Shown: positions 12,634 through 26,100 of the stretch, in pieces | Position numbering within the stretch: position 1 is the first letter of the stretch | Layout of the letters: each line of letters opens with the position of its first letter | Assembly (NCBI GenBank): GCA_964016885.1 | Contig: OZ024740.1 | Location: 370,698,001 to 370,762,000 of the forward strand | DNA: 64,000 nucleotides | Source: Eledone cirrhosa | Lineage: Eukaryota | Direction of reading: 5' to 3' | Notes under the pieces: generated by a model | Seen by the model: the letters and a program-made list of their open reading frames with translations, nothing else | Databases searched by the model: none | What the model was told of the DNA's origin: nothing | Made by a program: the position numbers and the translations under genes

Positions 12634-15600
12634 GAATTGGATGTGTGAATGTACGCGGCCTGGGGATACCCTGGAAACAGGGCAAACTCTTAAACGACTT
12701 CAGGTCGCACAGTATGGGTGTAGTAGCCATTTGCGAGTCCAGGATCCACAGCGAGCGACAACTGGCTCCCATCTTCGATGACTTTGAGATCTACGCATCT
12801 CTCTGTCAGCCGGGAAGTGGGGGTGGGGTTGCCAGAAACACCTGGACCTCGTAACACAGACGGTACATCTAGACCCGGAGTGTCGACTGGTGGTCCTGGA
12901 CGTTGACGGTAGTGAAGGTGGAGCCTTCAGGCTGGTGGCCGCATATGCCCCATCCGGGACACTGCGGCCAGACTTCTTCAAACGTCGAGAGACTTTTCTG
13001 GGAATGTCTCGCTCCCTGCTGTTAGTGGGAGACTGGAATGGAATCCTAGATGCACGTTGGGACTATGTGGGAGCATGTCCCGATAGAGGGGGTGTAACCG
13101 CCTCAAACAGTTAATCGGCCGATTTGACCTGGCCGATAGATATCGACTAGATTTTCCGACTGCGCCACTGTGGACGTGGACTAATCGCAGCGAAACATCT
13201 AGATCGTACCTAGATAGGGTTCTAGTTAGAAAGAAGGATAGGGACATCTTAAGCTGTCCATAAATGTTCGTGGCTGCCTATTCAGATCACAAATTATTGA
13301 TCTGCTTAGTCAACCTTGACAAAGCCCATAGACAGGGACCCGGCTACTAAAAGCTGAACTTGTCGTTACCGACATGCAAAGCCCACAGTAGACGGATTAG
13401 CAATTTAGTTAAGCAGCACTTGACGGGAGCCATTGTCAACAACAGATGGTGGTACTCTCTCAAGAGGGCAGTTAGATTAGACTCGATAGGTTTTAGTAAA
13501 GAATTAGTGTTAGATAGAAATAAGACCGAAAAGGAACTCGTAGATAAAGTAGAAGAGGCACTTAGGAGTGGCAACGTAGCCAACGTGCTAGCGACGAGAA
13601 CGGCCTTGGACCAGTTCTTCGACGCAAAGCATGAAGGCTGCGTTGTCAGAAGCAAAATACGTGCTCTGGGAAACGCGGGGGCCAAAGCTGTTAGCTGGGC
13701 CCGAGTGACGGAGGCGAAAAGTGGCAACAAGTCCACGATTCGGTCTTTGAAGGACCAAGGCGGACGCGTGATACGTGAGCCAAAACAGATGTGCGCGGCC
13801 TTTCAGCGGCACTTTGCTCAACTGTTCGGGCAGGGCGGCGTGCCGGGAGGGGCTTATGGATTTCGGTACATACCTCGACGGCCTACCGCGACTCTCGGAC
13901 AGCGAGGCGAAGTTATGCGAAAGGCCGATTTCGGCCGCTGAGATAGGGGACGCGCTGAGCCAATGCGGCAAACGCAAATCTCCAGGTCTCAACGGTCTAC
14001 CCTACGAATTTTACGTAGCAATGCCGGACTTGTTCTCCGGTCTCCTGGAAGCGGTCTACTGCAACTGGCAGCAGAACGGGAGAATTCCCAGTTCTGTGAC
14101 CAAAGGGCGTAATCACGTTAGTCATGAAGGACGAGAATAAGGGGGGTGACATAGGCAACTTCCGACCCATAACTCTGCTCAACACAGAGTTACAGATTTT
14201 GGCCAAGGTGTTGGCAAAGAGGCTGGCGCTTGTCGTCGAAAACCTGGTCCATACACGACAACCTCCACCTCATGCGATACATCATAGAGAGGGTGGGGTG
14301 TAAACCCGGCTTCGGTGGGGCCCTGATCAACTTGGATCAGTCTAAGGCTTTCGATAGGGTTGACCATCGTTACCTGGATGCGGTGCTCGAGGCGGCAGGC
14401 TTCGGACCCGTGTTCAGGGGCTGGATTGCTGCAATGTACAGCAGCAACATCTGCTCAAGGGTCAAGGTGAACGGCTATCTCTCGGAGCCGTTCCATATCA
14501 CGCGATCCATCCGACAGGGATGCCCTCTCACCTCCGTTCTGTACGTACTGACTTTTGAGCCACTACTGTGGAAGTTGGAGCTATTGCAGGGCATCCCTTT
14601 GGAACCAGGACTGCGAAAAGCGGCGTCGGCCTACGCCGACGACGTGACAATAAAGGTCTCGAGCACCTCGCAAATCGGGGAGATCGGCACCTTACTGGAG
14701 GAATACGAAAGGTTCACAGGAGCGAAGTTGAACCGGGACAAATCCGTCGGTTTGCAACTCGGAACGTGGAGAGGCAAACCGATGCCTTCCGATGGCGTCG
14801 TCGGACGCTGGACGGAAGGACCGGTAAAGCTCCTCGGGGTCTGGTTTGGTCCGGACCTCCAGGTGGAGAAGAACTGGAACGAGGTGACGGCCAAGGTGTT
14901 TGCACTCACCCAGAAGTGGGCCGAGTGCAAACTATCCTTGAAAGGTCGAGCGGAAGTGGCGAATACTTTTATAGCGTTCGTCATCTACCACCGCTTGACC
15001 GTCGTGCCTTGTCCAGCCAAAACGCTCACCAAAATGGAGCGCGCGCTCTTCCAATTGCTTTGGAAGAAGCGGGTTCCTTTGGTGAGAAGATCCATCTGCT
15101 GCCAACACCCTTCAAACGGAGGGCTGGGGATGCCGTGGCTGGCGATGCGCAAACACGCACTCAAGCTGCGGCACCTCCACGCATTCCTCACCAGACAACC
15201 GGTGTGGGCCCCGTTCGTGAGGCGAGCCTTCTCACGACTCGTCTCGCTGACCAAGCTGCAGTCCTGGGTCAAGCAAAGACCGAGGAAAATGAGCGACTGG
15301 CACATCGAATGTGCTCAGGCGCTCACAGTCCTCTGGCAAACGTACCCGGCGATCAGTGGAGACTCCACTTCGACATTCTATAGAGGGTTGGTCCGCAGCA
15401 AGTGCGACGACACGCTCTGAGAAACTCTAGGCGTAGAGGTGGACCAACTGGCCAGTCTGTTTGGTAGGACCTTCCGCCCGGGACCAATGGACAACTTCCA
15501 AAAGTCCCTGGCCTGGCAGTGCTGCCGAGGAGCTCTACCAGTTCGAGACAAGCTCTACAGACACGGGCGCCTGGGTAGGACCCTTCGAAAAAGATCTGTC

Positions 15601-16013
15601 CGAGATGCGTGCGCGACGAGGAAACCGTCGTGCACGCATTTGTACACTGCCCGGGCGTTACCGACCTGTGGGGCTATGTAGAACGACTATTGTCGCGGAT
15701 GGGACCAATCCGGTTGACCACCGAGTCCATTGTCATGATCAAACCGCCACCCTCCTTCAAAAACGAGGGAGAAGCGGTTTTCCTATGTGTTATGGCTATG
15801 GTGAAAGAGGTTATATGGTGGACGAGGTTAAAAGGGCTGAGGTCAGACACCTTTCTCTCCGGCGAGCAACTGATTCGTTTTTTTAAATATCATTTTGGAA
15901 GAAGAATCAGGATGGAGAGAGAGGTGCTGTACCCCAGCAAATTTTATAAAAGGTGGGTGAATGTGGCAAAGATGGCCCGAGTGGTTGGGCCTTCTCTCTA
16001 TATAAGCCTGTAG
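12634..16013 (+). pseudogene. LINE ORF2 (apurinic-like endonuclease + reverse transcriptase), disrupted
   Basis: NVRGL, LLVGDWN, YLDRVL, SDH (APE); KSPGLNGLPYEFY, DQSKAFDRVDH, RQGCPL, AYADD (RT); C-terminal ETVVHAFVHC. Split across frames by stops and frameshifts. Confidence 0.9.
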
Positions 16014-16252
16014 GTTGAGGAAAAAGAGGAAGATAGGAAGGGAGTACTCACTCTTGGTGCTCCTGGAGATGAGGGTTGTACATTTTTTCGGGGTGTGTAC
16101 AACTCCTGTGTAACACCCCCCCCCCCCCCCCTATTGGGATATCAATTGAGGATATCAGTTGTATTAATAGTTTTATTTTCATATACCTGTATGTAAACTC
16201 CCTATTTGTATTTGTCCCCTTCTTTTGTGCCCTTGTGGCTAATAAAGAAATT

Positions 16253-16366
16253 TATATTAGAACACCTTATACAGCAACTATATTAACATACCTTATACAG
16301 CAACTATATTAACAGACCTTATACTGCAACTATATGAACAGAACTTATACAGCAACTATATCAACA
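16253..16366. repeat. 26-bp minisatellite, right part
   Basis: About 4 more units of the same repeat as 9983-10319. Confidence 0.9.
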
Positions 16367-16599
16367 GGATGTATGAACAGGATGTATAGAATAGTTATGC
16401 TTATTTCAATACATGTACGATGAGTAATTTTTCACGTGTCTATCATTCTGCTAGTTGTTTTCATATATTATACATATATAATCGCTCTGAAAATTGATTT
16501 CTTTTCTACTTCTATAAGCCATTTTCGAAACTCTTGCATGAATATATATTCTCGATATATATCTACAAAATATTTATTCCTCCCACCATTGTAATATAT

Positions 16600-17012
16600 A
16601 CATATGTGTGTGTGTGTGCTTGTGTTTGTGTGTATATGTGTGTTTGTGTTTGTGTGTGTACTTGTGTGTATATGTGTGTGTTTGTGTTTGTGTGTGTACT
16701 TGTGTGTGTGTTTGTGTGTGTTTGTTTGTGTGTGTGTGTGTGTGTGTGTTTGTGTATGTGTGTGTGTGTGTGTTTGTGTGTGTGTATGTGTGTGTGTGTG
16801 CGTGTGTGTGTGTGTGTGCTATAATATACATTTATGAGATATCTACGCATATATAACCCAGACAGAAAAACACATAGGCAAGTATATATGTATGTGTGGT
16901 TGTATATGCGTGTGTGTGCGTATGTATCGTCGTATGTGTATGTATGTGTCGTCGTATGTGTATGTATGTGTCGTCGTATGTGTATGTTTGTGTCGTCGTA
17001 TGTGTATGTATG
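16600..17012. repeat. Degenerate (TG)n / TGTA / GTCGTCGTAT compound simple repeat
   Basis: Directly visible. Confidence 0.9.
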
Positions 17013-17770
17013 TTCTTTTTTATAATTTAAAATTCTATATTTTTCATGAAACCAAAAACATTTTTCTACAATCCGATGTTTACTTCGAAAAATACGCTTC
17101 AATTACTCCCTAAATTTTAAAGTTTTAATTTTTTGTAATAGTATGTTTTTTCTTTTTCTAAAATCTATATTCATATAGATGGTAGCTGTATATATTTGTC
17201 TTTTCTTTTTATCTTGAGTATTTATTGAATTTATAAAACGTAGCTTAGTTGATTTAGTTTTACTACTAACTAATATATCTTTTATGTTATTTTAAGAATA
17301 CGTAGGTTGTGGCTATTTTCTTGTATTTATATTCTCGTTCATAACTATTCGTCATTCAACCAATTGTTTACGAGAAACAGTTTTATAAAACTAAGATTGG
17401 TAGAATCTTTAGATCTTAGTCATCTGCTGAGTGGCGTAATGGTTATAAGACAATAGAGCGCATCTGGCAGATCTAAAGTATAAGTTCGATATCTGGGAAA
17501 ACATGCGTAGTTTTAAAACAATGTGTATGTATAATTGTTTCTACTTTAGGCACAAGGCCAGCAATTACCCAGTGCATTACTGGTACTTTATTTTATCGAC
17601 CCCGTAAGGATGAAAGCAAAGTCAACCTCGGCGGGATTTGTGTATGTATAATGATAGCTAAGTATACGAGTACTTCGTCGGTAAGTGTGTGTACATGTGA
17701 GCGAATAGGGGTATATGTGTATTTGCGTGTGTTTTGTTAGGTAGATATATATATTTAGAGATTTAAACAT

Positions 17771-17843
<73 letters not shown>

Positions 17844-18322
17844 CTCTCTCTCTCCATCTTTCACACACGTATGTGCTATAGAAGCCTACAAGATGTAGAA
17901 CCGACATTAAATATTGATAATAACTATAACAACAGCTATAGAAATCTTAGAAATATTTAATTGTTCCTGATATTTCCCGTAAAATACTCTTTACAAAGCA
18001 AGAGAGGGAAAGTGAGAGTCAATCCTATACTCATTACGTTGATATGTTGTTTCATTATAGGAGAAATCGTAATAACCACGTATGGCGAAGTATGGAATTA
18101 GGGGCTGTGATTGTGTTCCATGTGCTACCAGTGTTAGAGATGGTGACATCTATACTAGGGCAAATTATGATATAAGAAACTATTGTGAATTAGGAAAATG
18201 AGCGAGACAAAGAGGGTAATTATACGTTCACCCATAATAGACCCTAGCCTGCATTTAATTCGAGTGAACCATTAAGAAACAGCTAATTTTTGCAATTCCA
18301 AACTTGTTTTAAATATATTTCC

Positions 18323-18424
18323 AGGTATAGAATACAAGCGGCCGAAATGGGTTTCCTCCGAAGAGTCTTTGGAGTAGCGTTACTCGATAGAGTGCTTAGC
18401 TCGGACATTAGAGAGTCACTCCAA
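18323..18424 (+). pseudogene. Short RTE-type LINE remnant followed by (GAA)n (18423-18553) and (TAG)n (18597-18680)
   Basis: RIQAAEMGFLRRVFGVALLDRVLSSDIRESL resembles the post-RT region of RTE elements. Confidence 0.6.
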
Positions 18425-18596
18425 GAAGAAGAAGAAGAAGAAGAAGAAGAAGAAGAAGAAGAAGAAGAAGAAGAAGAAGAAGAAGAAGAAGAAGAAGAAG
18501 AAGAAGAAGAAGAAGAAGAAGAAGAAGAAGAAGAAGAAGAAGAAGAAGAAGAACCACAACAACAACAAGGTAAACAATTAACCTATGTTCTTTTCT

Positions 18597-18681
<85 letters not shown>

Positions 18682-18702
18682 TTATTTAATATTTAGTATA
18701 TA

Positions 18703-18911
18703 AAGGGTGATGGGTTGGCAGTAGCGGTCAAAATGCTTTGTGGTATTTAGTTATGACTTTCTATGTTCAAAATTCAAATCCCGCCGATGTCAACTTTGCC
18801 TTTCTAGAATCGATAAAATAAAGCACCAGTCAAGTACTGACGTCGATATAATCGACTTTCTCCTTCACACAAATTGCTGATCTTATGTCTAAATTAGAAA
18901 CCATTGTTATC
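18703..18911 (+). mobile_element. tRNA-derived SINE, family A
   Basis: Homologous to 32092-32322 (TTCAAATCC B-box-like motif, GATAAAATAAAG.ACCAGT core). Confidence 0.7.
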
Positions 18912-19918
18912 ATTTAGGGAAACGAATTTAATTCGCCTAATTAAAAATAACTCGTCATTAATACATTTTTATCAACCCTGATAAGATGAAAGACAAATTT
19001 GATCGTGGTGAAATATGAGCTCAGAACATAAATGAATGTGACCACTGAGCATTTTATTTCCACGCTCTTTTGCTCTACTCGTTCTGCTGACATCGCAGCA
19101 GCAGCAGTAGAAGAACAACAACGAAATGCTGAGATAAAAAAAAAGTCTGCAAAATGATTAAGAGTGATACATAGTGGATTTCATAAAAACGTGTAAAAAG
19201 GTTAAATAATGAAAACTAAAACAAAATGGACAACAATAAAATGAAAACAAACAAAAATCCAATTTTTGTGGGATAATTAAGGAGATATGTGCATGTATTC
19301 TGTCTGTGTTTATGTATGTATGTGTATGTAAGCGTGTGTGCGTGTAGGTGAGTATGAATCTATGTATATTCGGGAAGCAAAGGAGAATGAGAACGTGAGT
19401 TATGTTGCTTACTCATTAACAATATACAATTGAAACCAGTCGTCAATAATACATAAAGAAATATTTCCATAATTAATGTTTTGCATGTATGAGTTATTCA
19501 TATTCCTTGTTTAAAATATAATAGAAATTCTTTATTTAGAAGTTTATCTTTTATCTTAAATATATTTTCTAGAATCACCACCATTAGTGACATAAGAGAG
19601 TGTGTGTATATGTGTGCGTGTTTGATTGTATGTGTGTTTATTTGTGTGTGTGTGTGTGTGTGTGTGTGTTTTGAATGACATTTTTTATTACATGATAATA
19701 ATTCATTCAATATATATATTTCATATATGAGTGTTTGTGTGTCTATGTGCGTGCTAATGTATGTATGTATGTCTGTATGTATATTACATAACCTAGTATA
19801 TCTGTATGATGGAATATATGTATTAAAATATATAAAGACATGAAATTTCTTTATACCTATTATGAGACGAAGCAACTTATCTATTCAAATTTTTAGATAA
19901 CTCAAAGCAATCTCTCTC

Positions 19919-19977
<59 letters not shown>

Positions 19978-20145
19978 CACAACATATTCGATTGTATGAT
20001 ATTATTCTTGTGTCCTGTGCAATTACTGGGTACATGGTGTTCTATAACATAAGAATATTTAAAATACACACAGAGATTTATATATGTATTTTTAAATAGA
20101 CATATTGTATAAGCTTTCTTACGTGCGTCTATTATTAATCATGTT

Positions 20146-20339
20146 AAGGGTGGTGGATTGGCAGTATCGATAGAAATTCGGACGCCATGCTTTGCAGCAT
20201 AGAGTTACGCCCATTTACGGTCTGAGTTCAAATCCTGCTATGGTTAATTTTGCTTTCATCCTTACGGGGTCGATAAAATAAAGTACCAGTAATGCACTGA
20301 GGTAATTGCTGGCCTTGTGCCAAATGTAGAAACAATTAT
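20146..20339 (+). mobile_element. tRNA-derived SINE, family A
   Basis: AGGGTGGTGGATTGGCAG...GAGTTCAAATCC...GGGTCGATAAAATAAAGTACCAGT...GTAGAAACAATTATT. Partial copies also near 17535-17640(-), 46860-46930(-), 47253-47410(+) and 48165-48268(+). Confidence 0.8.
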
Positions 20340-20401
20340 TAATCATGTTATGTTAGTACTATTGCAAATTAACACCAACTCGGCAAACCCGTCTCCTTCT
20401 A

Positions 20402-20440
20402 TCATCTGATGAAAGACTAGTGTCCGAAACAACGCAAGGA
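20402..20440 (+). ncRNA. Decayed minimal hammerhead motif (same family as 61947 and 38827)
   Basis: CTGATGA-AAGAC TAGT GTCC-GAAAC; stems I and III eroded; downstream sequence homologous to 61983-62060. Confidence 0.5.
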
Positions 20441-20534
20441 CTCTTTTCCTACTCTATCAAGCGTTAAACTAATATATTTCTTCCTTGTACTGTGTTGTTT
20501 TTGTTGTTGTTTCCTTCTGTTTACCTTTACATGA

Positions 20535-20612
<78 letters not shown>

Positions 20613-20640
20613 GGGGGGGGGGTTATCCCGGGTTCAATGA

Positions 20641-20717
<77 letters not shown>

Positions 20718-20865
20718 AATATTTAATATAGAGATGACTTCTACCGGATTATAACTGCTTCATCCGGAGGAAATAATCAGGATTGCATTCCTGATTATTT
20801 CCTCCGAATGAAACAGTTCTTGTCTTGTAGAAGCCATCTCTGTATGAAATATATTTATATATATA

Positions 20866-20908
<43 letters not shown>

Positions 20909-22271
20909 TCGATGTATCTCTCTAGGTCACACTCTGAGGGCAACAGCTTTCTGTTTTTGGCCCTTTGAGGCTCTTTTTTACTTTCCATCGCTGTATATTT
21001 CTCTATGGATTCTGTATTTGCCTTCTAAAGTCTAGCGATGAATGTACGGTCCCAGTATCACAATTTTTTCTCCATTATTTTATACCATCATTTTATCCCA
21101 GGTATTTATTTACTAATTTCGTGTATGTCTGTACATCTCTGACTATAGTTTATCGACTTTCTGCCTATCGAAAACCGTTAACTTAGAGGAGTCGGCTGAT
21201 GATTAGAATTTCCATTGTATTTGTTTTTGCCGTCAAGTTCCCCATTTTTTCCCACCCGGTCCTGTTTTGAAAGCGAGGGGGAGAAGAAAAAGAACAGTGG
21301 ATAGGTTATTCTTGAAAATATGAATAAACTACGATCGTCACTCGCAATCGAATGTTTTAGTAGTATTCTTTTTCTCTGGGGTTTAGTTGCCCATGTAATC
21401 GCGAGCATACACAGTCACCTCAAGAAACTCATTCCTTGATTCAATGGAATATATACCATGTGACAACTGCAAGGAGAGAAAGCTGCACCAGCTCTTGATA
21501 GGTACATTCTTTATCGAACTCTAAGTGGACCTTGGTGGGATTTGATATGAGAAAACACAGAAAAGGAATAATTATTCAATGGTATAACGACTAGCAAATT
21601 GACCGCTTTATGGTATAAATGAGTTCTTAAATTTTTAGAGTAATGTCTGTGTGATGTGGAGGTGAGGGGGAACTATATGTCAGTAATGATGCGCGCTATA
21701 TTATCGGATTCAATATGCCGAGCAGTGGAAATGTCCAGCAGAGGAAATGTCAAAGTTTGTTATGCAAATCCATATTCTATTCAAATTACTCAGAAAATAC
21801 TATCGGAAATGTAATTCTTCATACATCTTCATCGTGTTGTGTCGGTAGCTATTTCTAGTATCTTTCATATTGAAATGTTACGTCTTATAATCAGCGTAGC
21901 ATTAGTCTCAAACTATACATGACAGTTACAGACATTTTCCTTCAACACCCGAGGCTACTGGTTTGTCCTCTCTTTTCGTGTAGCTGTTGAGATCGATTTA
22001 TATTCAAATGACATACCACGTAACTGCTTTTTACGGCAGTTTTATTTTCTTCCATCAAAATCCAATCGCATCAGTTATGGTTCTATGATAAACATTGAAT
22101 TCTAATTTGTTGACATTTCATCTGGCTGCTATACGACCTTTCTAGCTTTAAGCATTTTAGAGCTTTATAAAATATTTCTATATACGCTTCATATATAAAC
22201 CGGCTATTACCATTATAAATGCAATGGAAACAAACATTTTCAAACATAACAACCATTTCCTTCCAGCAGGA

Positions 22272-22302
<31 letters not shown>

Positions 22303-22484
22303 TGTATGTATGTATGTATGTATGTATGTATGTATGTATGTATGTATGTATGTGGGTATGTGTATGTTTGTGTGTATGTGTTTGTGTATTAATGACGGTC
22401 TTCCATCACGGCCACAACACTTGAGCTGAAACAAGTAAAGGAGTAAAATTTGTATAATGATAATAATAATTATAATTATTATTG

Positions 22485-23143
22485 TTCTTTGAGTCTCGGT
22501 CATTGATGTTATTTAACTGGAAAGTTTGTTGAAATGAATATCAAGCCGCTACATGCAGCCTCAGATATTCAGGACGTATCGGAGCGTTCTTGCTGTTCCC
22601 AGCAAGCATGCCTTTTCAAGTGTTCCAAAAAGCGGGGCTGGACTAATCTTCTTTAAACATCCTTGTAAGCTCTTTGAGTTAGTACCTAGTGCGCCTATGA
22701 CAATCGGGACGACCTTGATTTCATGGCAGTTCCAAATCCTTTTTAGCTCCCACTTTAAATCCTGGTATCGGTTAATTTTCTCCCTCTCCTTCTCTTGCAC
22801 TCTCGTGTCAAATAGGCAGGCTACATCTACAATGAGGGACGATCTTTTTCCTTGTCCAAAACCACCAGGTCAGGCCTATTGTGTTCTAATTTCTTTCCGT
22901 CTGTATCCTAAAATCCCATAGCACTTTCACCTGATCGTTTTCTAACACCGACTCTGGCTTATGCTCATACCACTTCTCAGAATGTGGTAAATTGTTTACT
23001 TTGCATAGATGCCAGTGGATCACCCTGCCTATCACATCATGTCTCCAGCCTTTATAGTGAATCTGGGCTAGTCTGTACTCGGATACAATGTGAGCCACAG
23101 TCTCCTCTCTATCTCCAGAGATCCTACACAGTGAGCTAGCCTC
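22485..23143 (-). mobile_element. R4/Dong-type LINE, 5'-truncated copy 1
   Basis: Matches the 3' end of the ORF at 23260-26652 (RHD, KINRYQDL, VIGALG) plus 3' UTR; bounded by ATT/TAA-type repeats. Confidence 0.85.
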
Positions 23144-23183
23144 TTACTTATTATTATTATTATTATTATTATTGTTATTGTTA

Positions 23184-26100
23184 TTCCTTGAATCTCAGTC
23201 ATTGATGTTGGTTAACTGGAAAGTCCGTTGGATTGAATATCAAGCCACTACCTGCAGCCTCAGATATTCAGGACGTATCGGAGGGTTCTTGCTGTTCCAA
23301 GCAAGCATGCCTTTTGAAGCGTTCCAAAAAGCGTGAAGGGGCCGATTTTCTTTAACCATCCCTGGAAACCTTTGGAGATAGTCCCCAGTGCGCCTATGAC
23401 AATCGGGATCACTTTGACTTCATGGCAGTTCCAAATCCTTTTCACCTCCCACTTTAGGTCCTGGTATCGGTTAATTTTCTCCCTCTCCTTCTCTTGCACT
23501 CTCGTGTCGAACGGGCAGGCCACATCCACAATCAGGCACGATCTTTTTTCTTTGTCCACAACCACCAGGTCAGGTCTATTGTGTTCCAGTTTTTTGTCCG
23601 TCTGTATCCTAAAATCCCACAGCACCTTCACCTGACTGTTCTCCATCACCGCCTCTGGCCTATGCTCATACCATTTCTCAGAATGTGGTAGATTGTTTAC
23701 TTTGCACAGGTGCCAGTGGATCACCCTGCCCATCACATCGTGTCTCCAGCCCTTATAGTGGGTCTGGGCTAGGTGTTTACACTCGGACACAATGTGAGCC
23801 ACAGTCTCCTCTCTCTCTCCACAGATCCTGCACAGTGGGCTAGCCTCCTCCTTGTAGATATGGTGCTTCAACCACTTCGTTTTGAGGGCCTGCTCCTGCG
23901 CAGCCATTAGCATTCCTTCTGTAGCCTTTTTGAGGTCTCCTCTTCTCAACCAGTTCCATGTCTGTGGATCTCTAAATTCAGTTTTCTCAAAGAAGGTACT
24001 ATGAAGGAATTTTCCCTTAAGGCTGCTCTTCCTCCTTGATGTTATTTCCTCCTTGGACATCCCCTGGCCTACTGTCCCCTCCTTCAGTACAGTTCTGAGC
24101 ATTGGCTCCTTACTATAGGTCACGTATTTGTATAGGTTGTTTTTCTCCATCCGAACACAGTCCTCTATGCTGATAAGACCTCTTCCACCCTCAGATCTCC
24201 TTAGGTAGAGTCTATCGACATCACTCCTCTTGTGGAACATGTTGTAGATAGTCAATAGCTTCCTAGTTTTCCTATCCATTTCTTTTTGTTCAGCAACATT
24301 CCATCTCAGAATTCCCGCACTGTACCTAATAATAGACACAGCTCGGGAATTTACTGCGCTTATGGCATTTCTGCTGTTCAGATGTGACTTCAATACGCTC
24401 CTTACTCTCCGAATGTATTCAGTTCTTAACAATTCCTTCATTTTTTTGTTCTTTATGCCATCAGCCTCCAGAACGCCCAAATACTTGTATCCTTCCTCAG
24501 AATCAATTTCCTTTATCATCTCACCTGTTGGTATCTGGATCCCGTTACTTCTGCTCAACCTACCCCTCTTCATCACAATGACTCCACATTTACCAATACC
24601 AAACTGCATACATATATCACTGCTGAAAATACGGACAGTGTCAACAAGCACATCCAACTCCTTCTCACTTTTCCCGAAGAGCTTAAGATCGTCCATGAAG
24701 AGGAGGTGATTGATGGTAAGCTCTCCCCTTCCCAACTTGTATCCTGCTCTCACTTTTCGCAGCATAATGGTCAAGGGCATCAGGGCAAGGACAAACAACA
24801 GAGGGGACAGGCTATCTCCCTGGAAGATACCTCTCTTGATCTTCACGCTTCCCAAGGATACTCCAGTTGATGTCAACTCTGTCTCCCAGGACCCCATACT
24901 CCTGCCCAGCAACTGTCTGATGTTATCTGCCACCCTGAAGACCTCCAGGCTTTTGGTGATCCAGGAATGAGGCACCATGTCAAATGCCTTTCTGTAGTCT
25001 ATCCATCCCATGGCAAGATCAGTGTGTCTCCTCCTGCAATTCCCCATTACCATCTTATCAATAAGCAACTGGTCCTTTGTACCACGTGACTTCTTTCGGC
25101 ATCCTTTCTGTTCGTCCGGTAACAAGTTGTTTGTGTGGAGGTGATGGTAGTTTTCCTCAGACACAATGCTCGTCAACAGTTTCCACATTACGGGCAGACA
25201 TGTGATAGGTCTATAGTTGGTAACATCATTACCCTTGATTCGGTCTTTCATTATCAGAACTGTGGTACCTTTTGTCAACCACTCTGGCACCTCACCCGAC
25301 ACCAAGCAGTCATTGAACATGGCCGTCAGCTTCGGGTGGAGGGATGTTAAATGTTTAATCCAATACCCCTGCACACCATCTGGGCCTAGTGATTTCCAGT
25401 TGGTTAGTTTTTTGGCTTGCCCCTTAAGAGTTTCAACTGTGATACTCAAATCAGTCTGTTGTTGTGCCTTCTCACCGATCTCCCTCTGTACTGTCTCAAT
25501 CCACCCTGCCTGGGCATTGTGTCTAACATCCTGCTCCCATATTCCTCTCCAGAATGTTTTAGCTTGTTCCGCCCCAGGGATCAAGTCGTTGCCTCTTTCT
25601 TTCCCCTCAAGCTGTCCAAACAGCATCTTCTGGTTGTTGTCGAACATGCGGTTCTGTTTATACTGACTGACTCTGTTCTCGTATCGCCTGATTTTGGCAC
25701 TCTTTGCTACAATGCGTTGCTTCAATTCCTCTATGATAATATTTAGCTTTTTACTCCTAGTTTTGTATTTTATTTCCAGTCTATTTTTAGTGCCTATGTT
25801 TTTTAGTGTCCCATTCAGTAGTGACTCAAGCTTTCCTATGTCATTTCTCATTTCCCCGATTTGCCCACTCAGTCGCTTCTTCCACCACGGCTCTGCTCTT
25901 TCTTGTCTGTTGTTTCCTCTCGCTTTTATACCAAGTAGTTTCCTCACCGTATTTGCTGTTGCTTTGAGGATATTGTTGCACTGGTGAAGACTCCTCGCCT
26001 CAAGGTATGGGATGACTTTGTTTACCTTAGCTGTTGTTTCTTTTAACTTTTTCCTGTCTACAAATCTTAGGTTCATAGGTCTCCCACTATCATTGTTCAA

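Larger units (their letters stand above)
10320..16252 (+). mobile_element. Full-length disrupted L1/Tx1-clade LINE
   Basis: ORF1 with a zinc knuckle, ORF2 with APE+RT, AATAAA at 16241, and a 10-bp TSD TATATTAGAA at 10310-10319 and 16253-16262. Confidence 0.88.

Noticed and set aside
17430-17500. tRNA-like A/B box sequence
   Set aside because: No cloverleaf; most likely a decayed SINE head rather than a tRNA gene.
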